Made by a program: the position numbers and the translations under genes. From the IMG/VR virus record IMGVR_UViG_3300021961_000021: a stretch of 64,000 bases of DNA. One strand, given 5' to 3'. Positions 57,948 through 64,000 of this stretch are shown here, in pieces. Every line of letters begins with the position of its first letter. The first letter of the stretch is position 1. The notes beneath the pieces were generated by a model. The model saw only the letters and a list, made by a program, of their open reading frames with translations. It did no database searches and had not been told where the DNA came from. Origin of the DNA: a virus.

Positions 57948-58477
57948 CCCTTCTTCCACGCTTCGCCTTCTGCCTTACGGCGGCGAGCAAGACCTGCTTC
58001 TACGTTGGAACCAGGGTTGCGGTACATATAAAGAGCATCAGGAACTAAGTCCCATTCCTTATTTTTAAGTCGCTTAGTAATGGTATTAAAATCACCACTA
58101 CCGTAGAACCCAGCACCCAAATTATAAGCGAAAGAAAGAAGAGCACCTCTCTTACCATCACTCATTTCATTCCAATGAGGAATCTTTTGAAGTGCAGGAA
58201 TGAATTGCTTCTTGCACTGATCAATGAGAAGTTCATCTGCTTCTGCTTGAGTGAGAGTATCTCCCATTTGGAATGCAGAACCATCTTTCTTACGGGTTGA
58301 ACCCCAACCAATAGTGATTGGAAGTCCACCACTCAGAGGATCGGGATATGCATTTAAATGACATCCTTCAAATTCTTTGATCAATTTGATTCCCATCATA
58401 GGAACCTCACCACTTGCGGCAGCAGGAGCACTACTGCCGCTGGTTACTTTCCCAGAGGTTTGCCACAATGAGGACAT
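57944..58477 (-). CDS. GH24 lysozyme (endolysin); probably C-terminal part of a -1 frameshift fusion
   Basis: LIKEFEG..L.AYPD...TIGWGST catalytic motif; ALLSFAYNLG; GLARRRKAE. Confidence 0.92.
   Translation of the reverse strand: MSSLWQTSGKVTSGSSAPAAASGEVPMMGIKLIKEFEGCHLNAYPDPLSGGLPITIGWGSTRKKDGSAFQMGDTLTQAEADELLIDQCKKQFIPALQKIPHWNEMSDGKRGALLSFAYNLGAGFYGSGDFNTITKRLKNKEWDLVPDALYMYRNPGSNVEAGLARRRKAEGEAWKKG
58416..58453 (-). promoter_or_regulatory. candidate -1 programmed ribosomal frameshift signal
   Basis: In-frame G GGA AAG (58453-58447), spacer TAACCA, stem GCGGCAGTAG/CTGCTGCCGC. Confidence 0.75.
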
Positions 58478-58677
58478 ACATCTCCCGTTGGAGCGGCAGC
58501 AGCAGGTGCTGCAGGTGCTGCTGCACCTTTCTTACCTCTGTAGATTTCTGCCCAATCAATGTTATCTTCCAGATACTTGATAGGGAGATTATCTTCTAAC
58601 CATTGTACTGCTTTGACGTGGTTAGGGTTCTTCTCATCATAGAATTGAAAGAAGTTGTGTAAATCGATACGTGCCAT
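58444..58677 (-). CDS. 77-aa module protein ending in CPHC; N-terminal part of the lysozyme fusion
   Basis: LHNFFQFYDEKNPNHVKAVQWLEDNLP shared with 58689-59360; Ala/Pro linker; GAGGAG SD. Confidence 0.8.
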   Translation of the reverse strand: MARIDLHNFFQFYDEKNPNHVKAVQWLEDNLPIKYLEDNIDWAEIYRGKKGAAAPAAPAAAAPTGDVCPHCGKPLGK

Positions 58678-58688
58678 TTTAGTTCTCC

Positions 58689-59360
58689 TCAATCAAAGAT
58701 GCGACCCCAACCATCGTTGCCACCTGGGCACCAACGATGCTTAAGAACTGCTTTTGTGTAAACGGTTTTCTTACCGTTCTCAACAGGACCACTGTAGTTA
58801 TCATTCAATGAACCATACGGATCATTAACGTAATAACCTTTACCATCAGGTGTCTTACCGATAACAACACACATATGACCACCTGTAGGGTTGGTCAGAG
58901 AACCACGATGTAGGATACCAATAACAACTGGTTTACCTGCATCAAGACTCTTGTCGATATCGGAGAAAGACAAGTTGTAACTAAAATGGGACTTGACACC
59001 ATACGCTTGCAGAACCTTAGTCTGTACAGCGTGGTCAGTTGTGTCACCAATTTCAAATACTTTCTTGACATATTCATCATCGCCTTTAATAGATCCAGGC
59101 TTGAGGAATGCAAGACACATTGCACAGGACGAACTGTTACAAGTTCTATGTGCGTCTCTATAGTTATCTACTTGATTGAAGTAGGGCACATCCAGCACTG
59201 CTGGTGTGGGAGGTTTGGTACGGAAGATAGAAACCCATTCGGTTTCAGAATCATCCATAAACGCTTCTGGAAGATTATCCTCCAACCACTGCACTGCGGC
59301 AACGTGATTGGGGTTCTTCTCATCATAATACTTAAAAAAGTTATGAAGATCTAAAGTCAT
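58689..59360 (-). CDS. C39-like cysteine peptidase with shared N-terminal module
   Basis: LDVPYFNQ...CNSSSCAM catalytic Cys, GGHMCVVIG His, VNDPYG Asp. Confidence 0.85.
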   Translation of the reverse strand: MTLDLHNFFKYYDEKNPNHVAAVQWLEDNLPEAFMDDSETEWVSIFRTKPPTPAVLDVPYFNQVDNYRDAHRTCNSSSCAMCLAFLKPGSIKGDDEYVKKVFEIGDTTDHAVQTKVLQAYGVKSHFSYNLSFSDIDKSLDAGKPVVIGILHRGSLTNPTGGHMCVVIGKTPDGKGYYVNDPYGSLNDNYSGPVENGKKTVYTKAVLKHRWCPGGNDGWGRIFD

Positions 59361-59396
59361 CGTATGCCGTGATGAGAGGCAAATGTATTTATGTAA

Positions 59397-59421
59397 ATAA
59401 AAAATGCCCCTTTCGGGGCAT
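59397..59421 (-). terminator. intrinsic terminator
   Basis: ATGCCCC-GAAA-GGGGCAT plus T run. Confidence 0.9.
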
Positions 59422-59427
59422 CACCTA

Positions 59428-59535
59428 TCACCAAATTCCAGGAATGATCTGACCTGTTGCGGCATAGGAACCAATTGCGGCAACGATACCGATCATTGCT
59501 GCCCAACCATTAATACGTTCTGCATTTTCGTTCAT
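59428..59535 (-). CDS. hli: high-light inducible protein (35 aa)
   Basis: Manual translation AERINGWAAMIG, the chlorophyll-binding ExxNGxxAM motif. Confidence 0.92.
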   Translation of the reverse strand: MNENAERINGWAAMIGIVAAIGSYAATGQIIPGIW

Positions 59536-59627
59536 TGTTTTTCTCCTTTTTTAGTGTAATAGATTCCGCCACCAACAGTAATGGCAGTAGTGAGTGCAAA
59601 GAATACTACAATAAGTGCTGTTGTCAT
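59532..59627 (-). CDS. 31-aa single-pass membrane peptide
   Basis: Manual translation MTTALIVVFFALTTAITVGGGIYYTKKGEKQ; ATGA coupling at both ends. Confidence 0.55.
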   Translation of the reverse strand: MTTALIVVFFALTTAITVGGGIYYTKKGEKQ

Positions 59628-59773
59628 TTATTTTTTTCTTTTGATTTGTTGTAGATAATGATTTCTTCACCATTGTGGGTGAATACTAATTCGTCATCGT
59701 GCCCCCAGCAGAGTTCTCCATATAGGGCATTTAGTTTTGCCATATCCTCATATAACTGATCAGGATTTGGCAT
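59624..59773 (-). CDS. hypothetical 49-aa protein (MPNPDQLYEDM...)
   Basis: Manual translation; operon packing. Confidence 0.65.
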   Translation of the reverse strand: MPNPDQLYEDMAKLNALYGELCWGHDDELVFTHNGEEIIIYNKSKEKNK

Positions 59774-60284
59774 AACCAGTCTTTAGATAATCAAGGACTG
59801 TCATAGGATCACTAACCTCGTAAGGATCTGAGGGGCAGTTGCCAACCTTGCCAGGTTCAACAAACATTTGTTCGATCTCACCATTGTTCACAACCATTGC
59901 ATATCGCCAAGAACGATACCCAAATCCAAGATTAACCTTGGCAACTGACATACCCATAGAGTAAGTAAAGTCACCGCTGCCATCAGGCAATGCCTTAACC
60001 TTTTCAATACCTTGATCTTTGAACCAGGCATTCATAACAAAGCTGTCGTTAACAGACAGGCAATAAATATCGTCAATGCCCAGTGAAATGAAGTCATCGT
60101 AATACTCCTCGTATCCAGGGAGTTGAAATGAACTACAGGTGGGAGTGAAAGCACCAGGAAGTGCAAACACAACTACTCGTTTGTTATCAAAAATCTCAGA
60201 CGTAGTGAGATCTTTCCAATAATACGATCCAATAACTTCGTCGTGTTGACGAGTCTTAAAAGTAACTTCAGGAACTCTGGTCAT
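59760..60284 (-). CDS. peroxiredoxin (Prx5/PGdx type)
   Basis: FALPGAFTPTCS, SVNDSFVMNAW, DGSGDF, RSWRY. Confidence 0.93.
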   Translation of the reverse strand: MTRVPEVTFKTRQHDEVIGSYYWKDLTTSEIFDNKRVVVFALPGAFTPTCSSFQLPGYEEYYDDFISLGIDDIYCLSVNDSFVMNAWFKDQGIEKVKALPDGSGDFTYSMGMSVAKVNLGFGYRSWRYAMVVNNGEIEQMFVEPGKVGNCPSDPYEVSDPMTVLDYLKTGYAKS

Positions 60285-60510
60285 TAGTAGCTTGAGATGG
60301 AATAACAGGGTTGCGAGAGCGATTCTTAATTACGATGAACGCATCGTTCTGATATCGAATCTCGCCAAATGGAGGTGCCCATTTAGGGTTTGCCCCCTCA
60401 GTTTGGTGGATGCCACTTGTAGAGACTCCACCAATTTCAACTCGGATGTCATCATCTTTTGTCCATCCGAGATTCATCATTGTTTTTACAATCTGATCTT
60501 CAATTGTCAC
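60268..60510 (-). CDS. hypothetical protein
   Basis: ORF track. Confidence 0.7.
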   Translation of the reverse strand: MTIEDQIVKTMMNLGWTKDDDIRVEIGGVSTSGIHQTEGANPKWAPPFGEIRYQNDAFIVIKNRSRNPVIPSQATNDQSS

Positions 60511-60797
60511 AGGTTCTCTTCCTGCTCAGTCAGAATCACCACATCGCTAGTGGGATAAGCAACACAGGTGAGGAGATATCCATCAGCAATTTGCTCATCA
60601 TCAAGGAAGGATTGTTCTTCATTGTCCACAGTGCCGCTGATCAATCGACCAGCACAAGTTGAGCAAGCACCTGCACGGCAGGAGTAGGGGAGATCCACTC
60701 CTGCTTCTTCTGCTGCTTCCAGAATATACTGATCAGGAGCACACACAAAGGTGGTCTCGGTGCCGTCAGTTAGTTGAAGCGTAACGTTGTATGCCAT
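60507..60797 (-). CDS. petF: plant-type [2Fe-2S] ferredoxin
   Basis: [13 protein letters not shown]...LTCVAYP. Confidence 0.97.
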   Translation of the reverse strand: MAYNVTLQLTDGTETTFVCAPDQYILEAAEEAGVDLPYSCRAGACSTCAGRLISGTVDNEEQSFLDDEQIADGYLLTCVAYPTSDVVILTEQEENL

Positions 60798-60883
60798 TAA
60801 TAAGTCTCACAAACTTTTTCTACTGATGCTGCCAACAAAACGAAGAAGGCAACAGATGTGATTGTAAAGATAATCGAAGTCAT
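60797..60883 (-). CDS. 28-aa single-pass membrane peptide
   Basis: Manual translation [28 protein letters not shown]. Confidence 0.6.
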   Translation of the reverse strand: MTSIIFTITSVAFFVLLAASVEKVCETY

Positions 60884-60896
60884 TGTCAACTATTTG

Positions 60897-61106
60897 TCAG
60901 AGGATCCCGAAGAAGAGTTTGCCAGTGAGAGCATAAGAAAGAGCCCCAGCAATAATACCGACCATTGCCCAGCGCCCATTTGCTTTCTCCGCTTTTACAG
61001 CATAAGGTTCAATGCCATAGCGTTCCAAATCTTCAGCAGTCATATACATCGAAGGTTCTTTAGCAAACATATTCATTTGCCCGAACTCATTTTTTGTAAC
61101 AGTCAT
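60897..61106 (-). CDS. hli: high-light inducible protein (69 aa)
   Basis: AEKANGRWAMVG motif; promoter fixes the start at 61106. Confidence 0.93.
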   Translation of the reverse strand: MTVTKNEFGQMNMFAKEPSMYMTAEDLERYGIEPYAVKAEKANGRWAMVGIIAGALSYALTGKLFFGIL

Positions 61107-61110
61107 TGTC

Positions 61111-61160
61111 TTTGTAACGAATTGCAACATAAGTATATATACTTTGTTAAGAAATGTCAA
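61111..61160 (-). promoter_or_regulatory. sigma70 promoter TTGACA-17-TATACT plus HLR1-like direct repeat GTTGCAAT-TC-GTTACAAA
   Basis: Motifs read directly upstream of hli. Confidence 0.75.
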
Positions 61161-61183
61161 GACCTTTTGTTTTGAAATCCTGA

Positions 61184-61420
61184 TCAATTGTAGTGGCGAT
61201 AGGCACCTACTTCAGGATCAGGGTCCAACCATTTTGCATACTCGGGGTCCTCAATCGCAGTCTGCAACTGCATTTCATTGTCGCAAAGGTACATATCAGC
61301 ATACCGTTTTGTCCATTCATTAAATTTTTGAATCCGACAATCGGGTTTGCCGTTAATCTCCAGGGTTCCACACGTCACAAAACGGTAGGGATACCGCTCT
61401 AGAAGGACAACTGGTTTCAT
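61184..61420 (-). CDS. hypothetical protein
   Basis: ORF track; GAGGA SD before ATG 61420. Confidence 0.7.
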   Translation of the reverse strand: MKPVVLLERYPYRFVTCGTLEINGKPDCRIQKFNEWTKRYADMYLCDNEMQLQTAIEDPEYAKWLDPDPEVGAYRHYN

Positions 61421-61452
61421 AGAATCCTCAATCACTCTTAAACTATAGCATT

Positions 61453-61477
61453 AAAAAAGGACCCACATAGGGTCCTT
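61453..61477 (-). terminator. intrinsic terminator
   Basis: AAGGACCC/GGGTCCTT plus T run. Confidence 0.8.
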
Positions 61478-61510
61478 GTGACAGTTCAAGGTTTGGCTCC
61501 ACCAGGAGTA

Positions 61511-61711
61511 TTAAACTCCATATCCAATATCAGAAGCGAGGTGGTCGAGGAAGATTTCGTAATCTTCATCTGGGTCTCCAAAGAATTGGACCCCTACGGA
61601 TTCATAAAAACGAAATAGTTTCTTGAACAGGGATGGGTTTTCCTGATCAAGTGGAATGTCACCGTGGACGACCTGTTTAAGGTAACCGTAATCTGTTTGA
61701 CTGATAGGCAT
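61511..61711 (-). CDS. hypothetical protein
   Basis: ORF track; GAGG SD. Confidence 0.7.
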   Translation of the reverse strand: MPISQTDYGYLKQVVHGDIPLDQENPSLFKKLFRFYESVGVQFFGDPDEDYEIFLDHLASDIGYGV

Positions 61712-61757
61712 AAGAATACCTCACTTCTATAGACTAGACGTATATCCCCTAAGGGAA

Positions 61758-61830
61758 CGGGTCAGGTAGGGATCGAACCTACGACCGACTGCTTAGAAGG
61801 CAGTTGCTCTATCCACTGAGCTACTGACCC
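61758..61830 (-). tRNA. trnR: tRNA-Arg(TCT)
   Basis: Cloverleaf, CTTCTAA loop. Confidence 0.95.
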
Positions 61831-61836
61831 AAGTAG

Positions 61837-61986
61837 TCACGTCATATCTACCATATATTGACGGATGGTTTCTGCTAGTTCTTCGGCACGATAATGTTCG
61901 TTATCGTTTACATAGTCGTGTAGTTGATCAATCATAATTTCAAGTGCTTGGTTAATGTCTTCAATGAATTCATTGTCCCAATCCAT
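61837..61986 (-). CDS. hypothetical acidic protein (likely start MDWDNEF)
   Basis: ORF track; internal ATG. Confidence 0.55.
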   Translation of the reverse strand: MDWDNEFIEDINQALEIMIDQLHDYVNDNEHYRAEELAETIRQYMVDMT

Positions 61987-62038
61987 TTTGGTCACCCATC
62001 GATTACTTGTTAAGTATATAGCAACTGTTAAGGTGATG

Positions 62039-62482
62039 TCAAGTGTTCGGGTAGTAGTCTTTTCTATAATACCTGCCAAGAATATTACTGTTGTAATAGG
62101 CAGGAGCACCATTCAAAGATTCAGTGAGTACATTGTTGAGAAACAATTGCCGTGTCTCTTCATAATTGGTTTTGCCAGGTGTGAGGTGGAGGGAAAGAAT
62201 CTCCCTCCTAAAGTTTTCTTTACCAAATAATTTGATGTCGTCTTTTAGTTCTGGGCAAGATCCATAATACTTTTTCCAATCAGACTCTAGTGTTTTCCGT
62301 CGCTTTTCCCCTTTAGGTTTTCGATGAGACCAGAAATACTTTCTGCCAATGTACGATTTTCCTGTTGTGATATTGGTAATCTTATAAACAAACCCATAGT
62401 GATTCCCAATACACTCGCTAGTAAAATTCTGGTCATTATATAACCAAGGGTTTTCATAATCAGTCTGCCTCTCCATCGTCAT
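62039..62482 (-). CDS. GIY-YIG-like endonuclease
   Basis: GFVYKITNITTGKSYIGRK...YYGS...F.REIL. Confidence 0.8.
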   Translation of the reverse strand: MTMERQTDYENPWLYNDQNFTSECIGNHYGFVYKITNITTGKSYIGRKYFWSHRKPKGEKRRKTLESDWKKYYGSCPELKDDIKLFGKENFRREILSLHLTPGKTNYEETRQLFLNNVLTESLNGAPAYYNSNILGRYYRKDYYPNT

Positions 62483-62609
62483 CTTCTACCTGAATACCAC
62501 TCACAATGTCTTGAAGGTATTTAGATGGATCGGAATATACTTCCGATTCCAGTTCATCCACGATACGACGAAGATCTGCAATCAATAATCTCAGTTTAAA
62601 GTGATCCAT
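62460..62609 (-). CDS. hypothetical 49-aa protein
   Basis: Manual translation MDHFKLRLLIADLRRIVDELESEVYSDP... Confidence 0.65.
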   Translation of the reverse strand: MDHFKLRLLIADLRRIVDELESEVYSDPSKYLQDIVSGIQVEDDDGEAD

Positions 62610-63267
62610 CGTTTAACTCCAGATTAAGAGATTCCCAGTCACGCTGAAACAACTGGAGTCCACTATCGGTCAACGTGTGATCATACATCTTCCAGAAGAC
62701 ATCAAGAGGTACAGTGCATATATCAGCACCTGCTCCAAATGCTTTAACGACATCAGGGGCAGACCGTATAGAGGCAGCAAGAATCTCTGTCTGTACATCG
62801 TGCATCTCGTAGATAGTGTTAATCTCTCGTACCAAACCGATACCGTCCCAATACTGATCGTGTAGACGACCAACAAACGGACTAACGTAGGTAGCACCAG
62901 CCTTAGCAGCAAGAATCGCCTGAGCTGCTGAAAAAATAAGCGTGACATTGGTTTTGATTCCATCCTGTGCTAAGTCTGCACAAGCCAATAGTCCTTGTCT
63001 AGTGCAAGGTAATTTAATTGTAACATTTGGGGCAATCTGATAATAATCGACTGCCATATCCAACATTTCTTCTGCAGTATCTCCCATAACTTCGGCAGAT
63101 ACTGATGCGGTCCAAGAAAATAGTTCGGAAATTCTGTAAATAACGTCTATAGGATCCTGTCCCTGTCTTGCCATCAGTGTTGGGTTTGTGGTAACACCGT
63201 CAACAAGACCAGTTTCTATAGCGGATTTAATTACGTCAGGATCGGAACTATCGAGAAACAGTTTCAT
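62596..63267 (-). CDS. talC: transaldolase (TalC/FSA family)
   Basis: MKLFLDS..GVTTNPTL, IKLPCT..GL, NVTLIFS..QA, YVSPFVGR, ILAASIR. Confidence 0.97.
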   Translation of the reverse strand: MKLFLDSSDPDVIKSAIETGLVDGVTTNPTLMARQGQDPIDVIYRISELFSWTASVSAEVMGDTAEEMLDMAVDYYQIAPNVTIKLPCTRQGLLACADLAQDGIKTNVTLIFSAAQAILAAKAGATYVSPFVGRLHDQYWDGIGLVREINTIYEMHDVQTEILAASIRSAPDVVKAFGAGADICTVPLDVFWKMYDHTLTDSGLQLFQRDWESLNLELNDGSL

Positions 63268-63305
63268 CGGTCTTTGTCCTACTGATCTACGAGTATTTAT
63301 CCGCA

Positions 63306-63338
63306 CAAAAAAAGAGACTCACTTATGTGTGAGTCTCA
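63306..63338 (-). terminator. intrinsic terminator
   Basis: GAGACTCAC/GTGAGTCTC plus T7. Confidence 0.88.
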
Positions 63339-63344
63339 TAACGT

Positions 63345-63494
63345 TCATTTAACTTGCTTACTGGGTTCGTAATGCCTTACATACTTAATGCCACGATAAA
63401 TTTCTTCGCGCCATTGTTCTTGCATTGTTTCAAACTTCGCTTTACGAAGTTCTTCGGTGTCATATTGAGCACCACGATAAACTACCTTAGACAT
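63345..63494 (-). CDS. DUF4278-family peptide (49 aa, two YRG motifs)
   Basis: Manual translation MSKVVYRGAQYD...IYRGIKY; AGGAG SD. Confidence 0.85.
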   Translation of the reverse strand: MSKVVYRGAQYDTEELRKAKFETMQEQWREEIYRGIKYVRHYEPSKQVK

Positions 63495-63526
63495 AAGATT
63501 AACTCCTAAAGAAATGAGATGGTTAG

Positions 63527-63701
63527 TCCCGTTCCTTCAGTCGGCTTTTGCGTCTACGAAACAACTTTTCTTTGTGACTTGCTTAACCTCCCACACAAGA
63601 TCATTCTTTTGTTGGTCGGTGACAATTTGACTGGCATTGATTCTACTAATGAGAAGTTGTGCCTGTAAGCAAGTTAAGAAAATCTGTTCCATAGATGAAC
63701 G
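63527..63701 (-). ncRNA. second glutamine-riboswitch-like aptamer whose P2 stem encloses a small ORF
   Basis: CGTTCA...CGCAAAAGCCGACTGAAGGAACGGGA; P2 = TCTATGGAAC/GTTTCGTAGA. Confidence 0.65.
63537..63692 (-). CDS. 51-aa peptide MEQIFLTCLQAQLL...SCFVDAKAD
   Basis: Manual translation; start and stop both lie inside aptamer copy 2. Confidence 0.7.
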   Translation of the reverse strand: MEQIFLTCLQAQLLISRINASQIVTDQQKNDLVWEVKQVTKKSCFVDAKAD

Positions 63702-63755
63702 TCCCGTTCCGAGTCGGCTTACTTGCGTTCGCTATTTGGAAATAGCGAATGAACG
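63702..63755 (-). ncRNA. glutamine riboswitch (Downstream-peptide/glnA-like) aptamer
   Basis: CGTTCA-[9-bp hairpin]-CGCAAGTAAGCCGACTCGGAACG; upstream of a DUF4278/YRG peptide; CTAAATA at 63763-63769. Confidence 0.8.
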
Positions 63756-63761
63756 ATAATA

Positions 63762-63890
63762 CTATTTAGTTTTTCTCTTTTTGTTTTTGTGTTTTCTCCT
63801 TTGACAGGGTTTAGTTTTATTAAGATCATTCTTGAGTTGCCTCAAGAATCTGATGTGTTTACGAGTCTCTTTTGGATCTAGCATAATCAT
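63762..63890 (-). CDS. 42-aa highly basic peptide
   Basis: Manual translation MIMLDPKETRKHIRFLRQLK...RRKHKNKKRKTK. Confidence 0.5.
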   Translation of the reverse strand: MIMLDPKETRKHIRFLRQLKNDLNKTKPCQRRKHKNKKRKTK

Positions 63891-64000
63891 TTTTCATTGC
63901 AGACAATGCCCAGGCATCAGTCAGTTTCTTCGGTCCTTCGTTCAACAACTGGATTTGAAATGCTGATAGACCAGCCTTCCTCTCCAAATACTCCTGTCTC
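63859..64000 (-). CDS. hypothetical protein, 5' truncated by window edge
   Basis: Open frame ...LSAFQIQLLNEGPKKLTDAWALSAM... Confidence 0.55.
   Translation of the reverse strand, partial: RQEYLERKAGLSAFQIQLLNEGPKKLTDAWALSAMKNDYARSKRDS

Noticed and set aside
62039-62482. GIY-YIG gene as an active mobile element
   Set aside because: Short, lacks an obvious DNA-binding extension and is embedded in coupled operon context; more likely a resident phage nuclease
63341-63755. AATGAACG at the DUF4278 stop is complementary to the CGTTCATT 5' end of aptamer 1
   Set aside because: Only 8 bp over 400 nt; plausible by chance without covariation data

Overview
64 kb of a T4-like cyanomyovirus genome, probably infecting Synechococcus (psbA with Synechococcus-type C-terminus, seven tRNAs). 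Almost all genes are on the minus strand; only gp48 and gp53 are on plus. Left to right: small early-type ORFs and an RlpA-like gene; a dense cluster of 2OG-Fe(II) oxygenases and two flavin-dependent halogenases beside tail-fibre/virion genes (1-21 kb); HNH, RimK-like ligase, tRNA-Ile/Ala/Thr and cpeT; the baseplate/tail module (gp5, cp12 insertion, two tape-measure-like proteins with lysozyme-like and M23 domains, gp51, gp26, gp54, gp2, gp4, gp48, gp53); replication/late genes (gp32, gp33, exonuclease, phoH, thyX, rnh, glutaredoxin); a large DUF4114-like protein; psbA; a lysis-like cassette; hli/peroxiredoxin/petF; tRNA-Arg; talC; a DUF4278 peptide. The most striking signals are RNA-level. 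(1) A -1 frameshift signal (G GGA AAG, 6-nt spacer, 10-bp hairpin) would fuse a small module to the GH24 lysozyme. (2) Tandem glutamine-riboswitch-like aptamers, where the second encloses a whole 51-codon ORF in its P2 stem. (3) A multi-hairpin, pseudoknotted RNA ending in CCA inside the tRNA cluster. (4) A structured leader upstream of a lysozyme-like gene. All family assignments come from motif recognition by eye; no database searches were run.
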